From a virus (Duplodnaviria; Caudoviricetes), in IMG/VR virus record IMGVR_UViG_3300028840_002499, positions 1 to 62,806 of that record: 62,806 bases of DNA. One strand, written 5' to 3'. The notes beneath the pieces were generated by a model that did not search any database, had not been told where the DNA came from, and worked only from the letters and a program-made list of their open reading frames with translations. A program made the translations under genes and the position numbers. This document shows, piece by piece, positions 28,330 to 35,359 of the stretch (position 1 is its first letter; each line of letters begins with the position of its first letter).

Positions 28330-28808
28330 TTATGGATGACAAAAGAATAGTAGAAGAGATTTCGTTTGATGAACCAGTTGTTCCCGAACCGGATGTACCA
28401 GCAGAGAGTGAACCGGAATTCTACACAATTTCAGAGGCAGCGACATTGTTGGATATGACCTACGATGCAGTTTATCGGAGGGTGAACAGGAAGTCACTCA
28501 GAGCCGAAATGGTAGACGGTGTTTGGTTGATTTCATCTGTTGACCTTCACGAAATACGGCACGTGAGATCAACCAACGGAATCAACCGAGTGACAGCAAA
28601 TGTGTCCAACGAACTCTATGCGGTGCTGAAAGCGCATGGTCACAAGATCAACCAGAGCGCATTGTTTGAGGCTGGAATGTGGATGCTGTTAGCAGAGTTT
28701 GTTCCAGATGTTTCCTATGAGTATGCAACTAATCAAGCAAGAAAATCGATTGGTCAATCTGAGATCATCAATAGTGCATCCGAAACACTGACAGCAATTC
28801 TGGGTTAG
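28326..28808 (+). CDS. HTH DNA-binding protein
   Basis: 'YTISEAATLL....AVYRRV...L.A....G.WLI' HTH_17-like; possible RHH-like second half. Confidence 0.65.
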   Translation: MIMDDKRIVEEISFDEPVVPEPDVPAESEPEFYTISEAATLLDMTYDAVYRRVNRKSLRAEMVDGVWLISSVDLHEIRHVRSTNGINRVTANVSNELYAVLKAHGHKINQSALFEAGMWMLLAEFVPDVSYEYATNQARKSIGQSEIINSASETLTAILG

Positions 28809-28811
28809 TCT

Positions 28812-28843
28812 GGTGGGGTGGGGAAATCTCACCCCACTTTCCT
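28812..28843 (+). terminator. Rho-independent terminator
   Basis: GTGGGGTG/CACCCCAC followed by TTTCCTT. Confidence 0.6.
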
Positions 28844-28845
28844 TG

Positions 28846-28920
28846 AAATTAGTGCTTGACATTTTACCCAATTTGTATATAATATAAGTATCAGATAACC
28901 TTATTTTTTCGGAGAGAAAA
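28846..28920 (+). promoter_or_regulatory. Promoter-operator-RBS module 4
   Basis: AAATTAGTGC-TTGACA-16-TATAAT, TATCAGATAAC, TCGGAGAGAAAA. Confidence 0.8.
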
Positions 28921-29328
28921 ATGTCAGAAACCTATGTTATAGCAAAAGATAAATCAATCAGGGCAAGAGTTTATGCCCGTTACTGCATGGCAGCCTACAA
29001 TCGGGCGAAATCGTGCGGGAAATTTGAGATCAAAAGAGTGCATCGTGCTTTTGGGTTGGCATTCAAAGAGTTGACCACTGGTGAAACTCCAGATTACCAG
29101 ACCACCATGAAGTCATGCACTTGCAAGGATTACCAACTAGGAAAGCGGTGGAATCGTGGTTTCTGCAAGCACATGATTGCAAAGATGATTGTTCGCAGGG
29201 CAAAAGATTATATGCACGATGAGCACATGAAAGTTATTCGTGAGAAAAAAGCGGAAGAGGAAAAGGAACGGAAGAGGCTAGTTGCCTTTCAAATTGAACT
29301 ACGGCGAAAAGCATTGGAGTTGGGATAA
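28921..29328 (+). CDS. SWIM zinc-finger protein
   Basis: CTC.D......CKH. Confidence 0.75.
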   Translation: MSETYVIAKDKSIRARVYARYCMAAYNRAKSCGKFEIKRVHRAFGLAFKELTTGETPDYQTTMKSCTCKDYQLGKRWNRGFCKHMIAKMIVRRAKDYMHDEHMKVIREKKAEEEKERKRLVAFQIELRRKALELG

Positions 29329-29362
29329 TTAGAACTGGCAACCAAGTTGCTAACTGGAGAGA

Positions 29363-29836
29363 TTGAAAATGCTATACGATAGACTTGTAAAAAGTACAGA
29401 AGATGACCTGAAAATGAGTCTGATAAGGATCGAGAAAAAGTCAAAGTTTTTCAAGGCAGTTACAAGGAAATTGCCACCGTATTTCCCTCATTCGTTGGAT
29501 GATTTTGAAAATCTAGATGGTTATTCGTTTTTCTGGAACTGCTATGTAGATGAAGTTTCCTTGTACATTATCATGCCTTGGATACCAAAAAAGTTTGATG
29601 AAATATGTCTTTTACTAGAACTCTTTGGTTGGGAGTTCGAAAGTGAGCGCAAGGAAACAAACGGTTATCCTGAGTACTATCGATACTACCGTCACCCTGC
29701 AGTTCCAAAAGTGAAAGTCACTGTAAACATGGAAAGTGAAAAAGAGCAGTCAACCTGCGAGTTAGTTGTTGATCGAATTGAACTAGTTGAAAAACCAGTG
29801 TATAAAGTTCAGTGTTCGGATAGCACTGACATATAA
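29363..29836 (+). CDS. Hypothetical protein
   Basis: GGAG RBS. Confidence 0.6.
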   Translation: MKMLYDRLVKSTEDDLKMSLIRIEKKSKFFKAVTRKLPPYFPHSLDDFENLDGYSFFWNCYVDEVSLYIIMPWIPKKFDEICLLLELFGWEFESERKETNGYPEYYRYYRHPAVPKVKVTVNMESEKEQSTCELVVDRIELVEKPVYKVQCSDSTDI

Positions 29837-29852
29837 AAGGAGATTTTGAAAT

Positions 29853-30260
29853 ATGATTGACAGGGAGAACAATTGTAAGAGTTGTGAAATCAAGTTCCGT
29901 TATTACATGCTCCAACCTGGGGATGCAACACGGTACGAGATCGGGATTGCCCCATTACCGGCAAGTGCGAGTGGAGTTGTAAGGGGAACTGGCAATGAAA
30001 AGACCACACAAGAGTACGTTATGATCCTTGTGTCAATGCCAAGTGGCAGTGGAGTGACTATAGTCTCAAAAACCGCTTTGAAGCACGATGTTGATACGGG
30101 ACATTTACTTGGTTACGCAATGTCTCACGGATTCGCTGATGTCCACGAATGGACGGCCTGTGCAGCCTTACTTGCTGCGAGTGTCTTGACATTCGATCCT
30201 GATGACATCAACGGTGCTTGCGAGGCAATGCTAAAAACAGTGGAGGTTCTAGCACAATGA
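29853..30260 (+). CDS. Hypothetical protein
   Basis: AAGGAG RBS. Confidence 0.6.
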   Translation: MIDRENNCKSCEIKFRYYMLQPGDATRYEIGIAPLPASASGVVRGTGNEKTTQEYVMILVSMPSGSGVTIVSKTALKHDVDTGHLLGYAMSHGFADVHEWTACAALLAASVLTFDPDDINGACEAMLKTVEVLAQ

Positions 30261-30400
30261 AAACGACACGGCACAAACTAACAGTGATAATTGTCATAGT
30301 CCTCATGCTGTTGACAGGGTGTAAAATAAAGAAAACACCTCACAACGGGCTAGGTACTCCGTTCCCAACATTGGAACCATCAGTAGTGGAAGGATTGTAA
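30257..30400 (+). CDS. Small lipoprotein
   Basis: Signal peptide with lipobox LTGC; GGAGG RBS. Confidence 0.55.
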   Translation: MKTTRHKLTVIIVIVLMLLTGCKIKKTPHNGLGTPFPTLEPSVVEGL

Positions 30401-30636
30401 TGACAGAAAACGGTAAAGGTCTTTACAGACTCACCAACCGGCAAGAGCAAGTTATCAAGCTAATGTGCGAAGGATCAACACAAACGGAAGTTGCAAAGAC
30501 CCTGTGCGTCACATACGGTACAATAAAAAATCACCTGCAGCTTGCTAAAAAGAGAACCGGTATCAAGACATCTTGGCAGTTGTGTGCAGAGTGGGCAAGA
30601 TGGGACGAGCGCAAGAAACTGAGAATCACGGCATGA
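30400..30636 (+). CDS. LuxR C-terminal HTH regulator
   Basis: 'LTNRQEQVIKL..EG....EVA..L.V...TIKNHL....K'. Confidence 0.85.
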   Translation: MTENGKGLYRLTNRQEQVIKLMCEGSTQTEVAKTLCVTYGTIKNHLQLAKKRTGIKTSWQLCAEWARWDERKKLRITA

Positions 30637-30649
30637 ACCGGAGGCGGGT

Positions 30650-30777
30650 GGCTGGCGTTTTTTGCCAGAGCAGATAAGGGACGAGTGTCAAGGGCATGTT
30701 CCGTAGGAATTTTTAGCCGAAGGCTAAAAACCCTTGCACACTCTAAGTCCCGCTCTGCTATACTGGCAGAGCCAGCC
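30650..30777. repeat. Long branched palindromic element (GTCAAGGG...CCCTTGCAC), copy 2
   Basis: Nested pairs GGCTGGC/GCCAGCC, TGCCAG/CTGGCA, AGCAGA/TCTGCT, GGGAC/GTCCC, GAGTGT/ACACTC, with two apical hairpins. Confidence 0.7.
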
Positions 30778-30854
30778 TTGAGCCGATGAAGGGTTGAACC
30801 GATATATATCGGTTCGCTTAAATCATAGTTAGAAAGAATTGCTAGGAGAATACC

Positions 30855-31187
30855 ATGCAATCAATAGAGCAAGCAAAGTGGCTTTCGTTGGCAGTCTCAG
30901 CTGCACTAAAAGAGTTGCGAAAAGATTGGCCCACAAAGCAGATAGACGAAAGTGAAGTTTCATTCCGGTTCAAATCCGTTGAAGGTGTGCTAATCATGGC
31001 ACTAAATGAAGCACATGCCTTGGTAGAAGAATGGGAAGCAATAGAGAGCAGCCCAACTACGTGTGAAACAGACTCACCTAACGCGGTGCAAAAAATCAAC
31101 ACGGTTTGCCAGGGTTCCAATCATAGTCGGCGGGCTTGTGAGTTCAATCGTTGGGCGGACGCGTTCTGCAAGGAGTTGAAATGCTAA
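30855..31187 (+). CDS. Cassette ORF 1 (reads through the attC-like hairpin)
   Basis: AGGAG RBS after GTTAGAA at 30828. Confidence 0.55.
   Translation: MQSIEQAKWLSLAVSAALKELRKDWPTKQIDESEVSFRFKSVEGVLIMALNEAHALVEEWEAIESSPTTCETDSPNAVQKINTVCQGSNHSRRACEFNRWADAFCKELKC
31051..31156 (+). other. attC-like site (ambiguous right end; alternative R' GTTCTGC at 31163)
   Basis: GCCCAAC/GTTGGGC, TGAA/TTCA, ACTCAC/GTGAGT. Confidence 0.45.
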
Positions 31188-31408
31188 AAGACAGAATTCA
31201 AACATGGGAAAATGCAGTCATAAGAACAGAAGAAAGAATATCTAAACTTTCCGAACTCTTAGAATCTATTGGCAAATCTCACATAAACGAACTTACCCCG
31301 CAAGAATTGTTCGCCGCCCAACTCCAAGTGCAGGGGAATAGCTACGCTATGGGAAACGCAGCCGATGTAGACGAATCAAATTGGACTGCAAATAATGTCA
31401 CGGGTTAG
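31181..31408 (+). CDS. Cassette ORF 2
   Basis: AGGAGTTGAAATG start (same as at 32290); stops 13 nt before R''. Confidence 0.6.
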   Translation: MLKDRIQTWENAVIRTEERISKLSELLESIGKSHINELTPQELFAAQLQVQGNSYAMGNAADVDESNWTANNVTG

Positions 31409-31420
31409 CAACGCCATACC

Positions 31421-31575
31421 CCTGAACATCGTTAGTTAACTCGGAATGGTGATGAGCGGGGCCGAGTCGACGGTAACGGGTAGTTGGCGCTTCAGTGTTA
31501 GGTCGAACACCGGCAAGATCGCGTAACTACCGGCCCCGCTCAAAACTCACCATCCGGTTATGCTCAACGTTGGTT
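31421..31575 (+). other. attC-like site (long family A)
   Basis: CCTGAAC...GTTGGTT; stems TGGTGA/TCACCA, GAGCGGGGCC/GGCCCCGCTC, GGTAGTT/AACTACC. Confidence 0.7.
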
Positions 31576-31599
31576 GGACTCGTTGGAAAGGATCGCAAC

Positions 31600-31890
31600 A
31601 TGCACACTAAAGTACAAATAATTTGCAAAAATAATAAGCCCTACGGTATCCGAGATGATGCTGGCTTCTTATTCTTCTTTACGAAAGTGAGTAAATTTCA
31701 AGGACAAGAAGAAAGATACCGCCAGGAACTTGAAGAACAGTTTACCCTTGCTGATTATCTTTTGACAGCATTGCAAGAAAGGGGCCAACCAACACCAAAT
31801 GCAGCTTATACGCCACGGCAGAAATTGGACGGTACAAATAATTCTAGTGTCCCAAACAACGGCGGCACTAATGACACGCCAACCCCCTGA
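31600..31890 (+). CDS. Cassette ORF 3 (stop codon in the attC L' box)
   Basis: AAGGA RBS; MHTKVQ...; TGA of CTGATT. Confidence 0.6.
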   Translation: MHTKVQIICKNNKPYGIRDDAGFLFFFTKVSKFQGQEERYRQELEEQFTLADYLLTALQERGQPTPNAAYTPRQKLDGTNNSSVPNNGGTNDTPTP

Positions 31891-31906
31891 TTATAGTTCG
31901 TTATGC
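31787..31906 (+). other. attC-like site (TGATTATAGTTCGTT family)
   Basis: AACCAAC-ACCA-AAT(G)CAG ... CTGATT-ATAGTTC-GTTATGC. Confidence 0.75.
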
Positions 31907-31938
31907 ACTCTATTCGCTAGAAATGAAAGGAAAAAGAG

Positions 31939-32109
31939 ATGATAAACAAGAAAAGATACGCATTCAATATTGTATTTATGCTAGTGTCAGCCATAACAAT
32001 TTTATGGGCGTATATGTTTTTTAGCCTGCCTGATCTATGGCTTGTGGTTGTGTCTATTGGTGTAGGTGGATTTATGGCATTCCTAGACCATGTGTTTTTT
32101 AATAATTAG
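31939..32109 (+). CDS. Cassette ORF 4, 2-TM membrane micro-protein (56 aa)
   Basis: MINKKRYAFNIVFMLVSAITILW...DHVFFNN*; stop is 4 nt before R''. Confidence 0.6.
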   Translation: MINKKRYAFNIVFMLVSAITILWAYMFFSLPDLWLVVVSIGVGGFMAFLDHVFFNN

Positions 32110-32112
32110 AGT

Positions 32113-32264
32113 GCATAACAAATCACAGCACACGGAATGTTGATGAACGGGGCCGAGCCGACGGTAATGGGTAGACACGACACAGGTCTAGGTCGGACGA
32201 CAGAAATCCGCGTACCTACCAGCCCCGTTCAAAACTCACCATCTGGTGTGTTCAACCGTTAAGT
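32113..32264 (+). other. attC-like site (long family A)
   Basis: GCATAAC...GTTAAGT; homologous to 31421-31575 with compensatory changes. Confidence 0.75.
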
Positions 32265-32289
32265 GTCATGTTGCCTGATAGGAGTTGAA

Positions 32290-32589
32290 ATGTACGGATA
32301 CATATTTTTGTATTTTATTCTCTGTGTGTCGTTTGCAATCGGTATGTTTGTGGGTGAATACAGGCATGAGAAGGTCAGCAAATCAACGGTCTTTTTATAC
32401 ATTGTTTTTTGTGCACTCGCAGCCCCCATTTTATTCTTTGCGTTGTTGGGTGAGTTTCTTGTTTTACAATCAAAAGTCCACCCAACCACAAATGCAGTTG
32501 ACACGCCTGCGCTGCACCGTTGCGTTGATTGTGGATCTGATTTACAACTGGTGTGCCCTGGCAAATATCAATGTCCGGCGTGCCACTGA
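32290..32589 (+). CDS. Cassette ORF 5, 2-TM protein with an attC-encoded zinc ribbon
   Basis: AGGAG RBS; C-terminus CVDC..CPAC lies inside the attC loop; stop at L' TGA. Confidence 0.6.
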   Translation: MYGYIFLYFILCVSFAIGMFVGEYRHEKVSKSTVFLYIVFCALAAPILFFALLGEFLVLQSKVHPTTNAVDTPALHRCVDCGSDLQLVCPGKYQCPACH

Positions 32590-32605
32590 TTATAGTTCGT
32601 TATAT
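32480..32605 (+). other. attC-like site (TGATTATAGTTCGTT family)
   Basis: ACCCAAC-CACA-AAT(G)CAGT..CACGCC / GGCGTG..ACTGATT-ATAGTTC-GTTATAT. Confidence 0.8.
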
Positions 32606-32617
32606 GGCAAAGCTATT

Positions 32618-32968
32618 ATGAACACCTACGAAGAGTGGAAAGTTTTTGCAAATAAACCGGGCGCAATCACAACCGTCATGTATCAAGATTGGTTGCTACA
32701 GGGTTGCCCGAAGTGCGATGGTAAAGAGTGGGAACTCACCAACGACGGTTGGGCATATTGCTGTGGGTGCAGTAAAGGCTATTCAACCAATGGTATATGG
32801 GTTCATGCGCCCTTAGTTTTCTACGACAAGAACGGGTATCACTGTTTTATGTGTCGTGGATATGGCAAGCGAGATGGGGCAACCTGTGAAGATTGCTGTG
32901 GTAGATTTACGCAACCAGAAACGCTTTGCGCTTCTAACAAATCGTTAGAGACAGACCCGCCGCAATAG
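32618..32968 (+). CDS. Cassette ORF 6, Cys-rich zinc-finger protein
   Basis: MNTYEEW...; several CxxC motifs; stops inside the attC. Confidence 0.6.
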   Translation: MNTYEEWKVFANKPGAITTVMYQDWLLQGCPKCDGKEWELTNDGWAYCCGCSKGYSTNGIWVHAPLVFYDKNGYHCFMCRGYGKRDGATCEDCCGRFTQPETLCASNKSLETDPPQ

Positions 32969-32999
32969 CGGCTTGAATAGCTCAACTCAACCGTTAGGG
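32932..32999 (+). other. Canonical-size attC site (68 bp)
   Basis: R'' TTCTAAC, 5-nt spacer, L'' GTT(A)GAG, inner GCCGC/GCGGC hairpin, L' CTCAAC, 6-nt spacer, R' GTTAGGG. Confidence 0.85.
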
Positions 33000-33008
33000 T
33001 GAATACCT

Positions 33009-33248
33009 ATGAAAATACATTACAGCACATGGAATGGCTACTACAATACAATCGCTTGTGGCAAAAAAGCGGTTGAAGCGCGAGCCGATAAATCTCTAGT
33101 CACTTGTGGCCTTTGCAAGAAAACCAATGTATTCACCCTAACTATCAATGCAAGCGACTTTGATAAATCTCGCGCAAGAAATGAATATTGCAAGCATGGC
33201 ATTGTTTTCCCGCATTGTATAACTTGCAATAGCACTCAAAGCGCTTGA
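33009..33248 (+). CDS. Cys-rich small protein (last cassette-like ORF)
   Basis: ATG 16 nt after R'; CxxC motifs. Confidence 0.6.
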   Translation: MKIHYSTWNGYYNTIACGKKAVEARADKSLVTCGLCKKTNVFTLTINASDFDKSRARNEYCKHGIVFPHCITCNSTQSA

Positions 33249-33255
33249 GTCTAAA

Positions 33256-33492
33256 ATGAGATATTTCGTCAAATGTCAATGTGGCCTCAGATCGTTTGCA
33301 TTCAATGATCGTTGTTTGCATTGCAACTATAAATTTGAGAAGTGTGATGAGTGCGAAAAGTCAATCTCTCATGATGCTGGTCACTATCCACACGATAAGG
33401 ACTGTAATCAAAAGGATGACGACATTTTACAGTGTGATTGTGACAACACAACTTGTGAACAGTGCTGTTGGGAGTGTGCCAAATTAACTTGA
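33256..33492 (+). CDS. Cys-rich small protein
   Basis: Multiple CxxC motifs. Confidence 0.55.
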   Translation: MRYFVKCQCGLRSFAFNDRCLHCNYKFEKCDECEKSISHDAGHYPHDKDCNQKDDDILQCDCDNTTCEQCCWECAKLT

Positions 33493-33517
33493 CTCTAAAA
33501 ATCCTATATGCTACAAT
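33489..33517 (+). promoter_or_regulatory. sigma70-like promoter
   Basis: TTGACT-17-(TGC)TACAAT. Confidence 0.65.
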
Positions 33518-33522
33518 GCAGT

Positions 33523-33660
33523 AGAGTTCTAGTTTTCAAGCTAGTTTCACTCCAGGTAATTTGACGATCTCTGGAGCGGGTGAGAACCTAAAGTGGTAGT
33601 TCTCCGACTATCACGTGGTTATCTGATAACTCTCCCTCTCCCAAGATCGTCAAATTATTT
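33523..33660 (+). ncRNA. Candidate structured ncRNA
   Basis: 14-bp perfect closing stem TAATTTGACGATCT/AGATCGTCAAATTA, inner GGAG.GGG.GAG/CTC.CCC.CTCC, two apical hairpins, no ORF, own promoter. Confidence 0.5.
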
Positions 33661-33740
33661 AAATTTACTCTTGACAAATTACTGAAAATGTATATAATTA
33701 TAGCTATCAGATAACCTATTTTTTTGATCGGAGAAAACCT
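33661..33740 (+). promoter_or_regulatory. Promoter-operator-RBS module 5
   Basis: TTGACA-16-TATAAT, TATCAGATAAC, TCGGAGAAAA. Confidence 0.8.
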
Positions 33741-35333
33741 ATGAAATGCCCAAACTGTGGAAAAGAAATGAAATTGCGACATCGAAGGTCAGACGGCAAT
33801 CCGTTCTGGGGATGCAGTGGATTTCCTAAATGTCGTGGAACTGCACGATACATCGAAACTCAGGAAAGACTAGATGTCAATTGGTCAGAGTACCAAGTGG
33901 CAGTTTTTGACTTCATTAAAAACGAAACTGGGAACGCAGTAGTTGAGGCGGTTGCAGGATCAGGAAAAACCACCACCATCGTTGAGGGATTGAATTACAC
34001 CCCCAAAGATAAGAGAGTTGCCTTTGTAGCTTTCAATCGGAGAATCGCAAACGAACTTGGAAAACGAGCACCAGCGCATGTTCACGTTAGCACTCTCCAC
34101 TCACTTGGTCTAAAAAACATCCGTGAACACTACGGAAAGATCAAAATTGAAAATCGGAAGTTCTGGCTAATCTGGAAGGATTACATTGCCACTGTTGACC
34201 ATCTCACCAAAGACAAACTGGATGACAACGCAGTTGTAGTCCGAGATTTAGTTGGCAAGATCAAGGCAACATTGCTTGAGCCTACTCACGATAACTTGAA
34301 TTACATTTGTGATCATTTCGGAATTCATGTAAATGGGTCAGCTAACCTGATCTTCAACGCAGTAAAAGCGGTCTTTGAAATCTCAGTCCAGATGATTGAT
34401 CAGATGGTTGATTTCGATGACATGATTTATGCTCCAGCCAGCGGGATGGTTCCTTGCCAGGAATTCGATTTCCTTTTCGTTGACGAAGCTCAAGACCTGA
34501 ATGCAGCGCAAATCTCATTTGTTCTAAACTCCCAGGCCAACGGTGGCAGAATCATTGCAGTAGGCGATAGAGCGCAGAGCATCTACGGTTTTCGGGGTGC
34601 AGATACCCAGGCAATTCCCAATCTAATTAGTGCCTTGAATGCGAAAGTTCTTCCCTTATCTATCTGCTACCGATGCCCTAAGTCTCACATCGAAATGGCA
34701 CAAGAGTTGGTTCCCACAATTGAACCATTTGAGGGCAAGGAAGTTGGTACAATCGGCAACATCTCATTTTCACAACTAATGGAAACAGTAAAACCTGGGG
34801 ATTTAGTAATGTGCAGAATCAATGCTCCATTGGTTGCACCGGCATTTGAACTCATTCGACAAGGGATTAAGGCAGTAGTTCTTGGTAGGGACATCGGTAA
34901 GGGACTGGAAACTTTGATCAAGAAAATTGCAAAGAAGGGTGGCAGCAATTCTTTACTCGATCTACTTCACGATATGAGCGAGTATCGAGATCGAGAAGTC
35001 AGCAAGTTAGTTGCTGCTAAGAAAATGGGGAGAGCCGCTAGTTTAGATGATCAAATTGAAACCATCATAGCTCTAGCAAGTGGCTGCGACACAGTTGATG
35101 AACTCTTCACCAAAATTGAAACAGTGTTTGATGATCGAGAACAGGGAGTTGTCTTTTCATCAGTTCACAAGGCAAAAGGAACTGAGGCTGATCGTACATT
35201 CATCCTACGAAATGACTTAATGCCTCACCCAATGGCAACAAGCGGGTGGCAGATTGAACAGGAACTAAATTGCCAGTATGTAGCTTATACCAGGGCAAAA
35301 GAGGAAATGTACTTTGTGAGTGGGGGCTTTTAG
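33741..35333 (+). CDS. UvrD/Rep-like SF1 helicase with N-terminal topoisomerase-type Zn ribbon
   Basis: 'CPNCG..M..R.....FWGCSGFPKC', 'AVAGSGKT', 'VDEAQD', 'VGD..QSIYGFRGA', 'HKAKG.E', 'YVAYTRAK'. Confidence 0.9.
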   Translation: MKCPNCGKEMKLRHRRSDGNPFWGCSGFPKCRGTARYIETQERLDVNWSEYQVAVFDFIKNETGNAVVEAVAGSGKTTTIVEGLNYTPKDKRVAFVAFNRRIANELGKRAPAHVHVSTLHSLGLKNIREHYGKIKIENRKFWLIWKDYIATVDHLTKDKLDDNAVVVRDLVGKIKATLLEPTHDNLNYICDHFGIHVNGSANLIFNAVKAVFEISVQMIDQMVDFDDMIYAPASGMVPCQEFDFLFVDEAQDLNAAQISFVLNSQANGGRIIAVGDRAQSIYGFRGADTQAIPNLISALNAKVLPLSICYRCPKSHIEMAQELVPTIEPFEGKEVGTIGNISFSQLMETVKPGDLVMCRINAPLVAPAFELIRQGIKAVVLGRDIGKGLETLIKKIAKKGGSNSLLDLLHDMSEYRDREVSKLVAAKKMGRAASLDDQIETIIALASGCDTVDELFTKIETVFDDREQGVVFSSVHKAKGTEADRTFILRNDLMPHPMATSGWQIEQELNCQYVAYTRAKEEMYFVSGGF

Positions 35334-35359
35334 CCCCTACTCCAGATTGGAGTAATAAG

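Larger units (their letters stand above)
30828..33000 (+). mobile_element. Integron-type gene cassette array lacking integrase (CALIN-like)
   Basis: Five clear and one ambiguous attC-like sites separate promoterless small ORFs, all in one orientation. Confidence 0.75.

Noticed and set aside
32285-32617. N-terminal extension of the 227-aa ORF 32285..32968
   Set aside because: It overlaps the RBS-supported ORF 32290-32589 and crosses an attC; the true start is probably 32618
30828-33000. CRISPR array
   Set aside because: The repeats are degenerate palindromes separated by 200-400 bp ORF-bearing segments, not fixed repeats with short spacers; no cas genes
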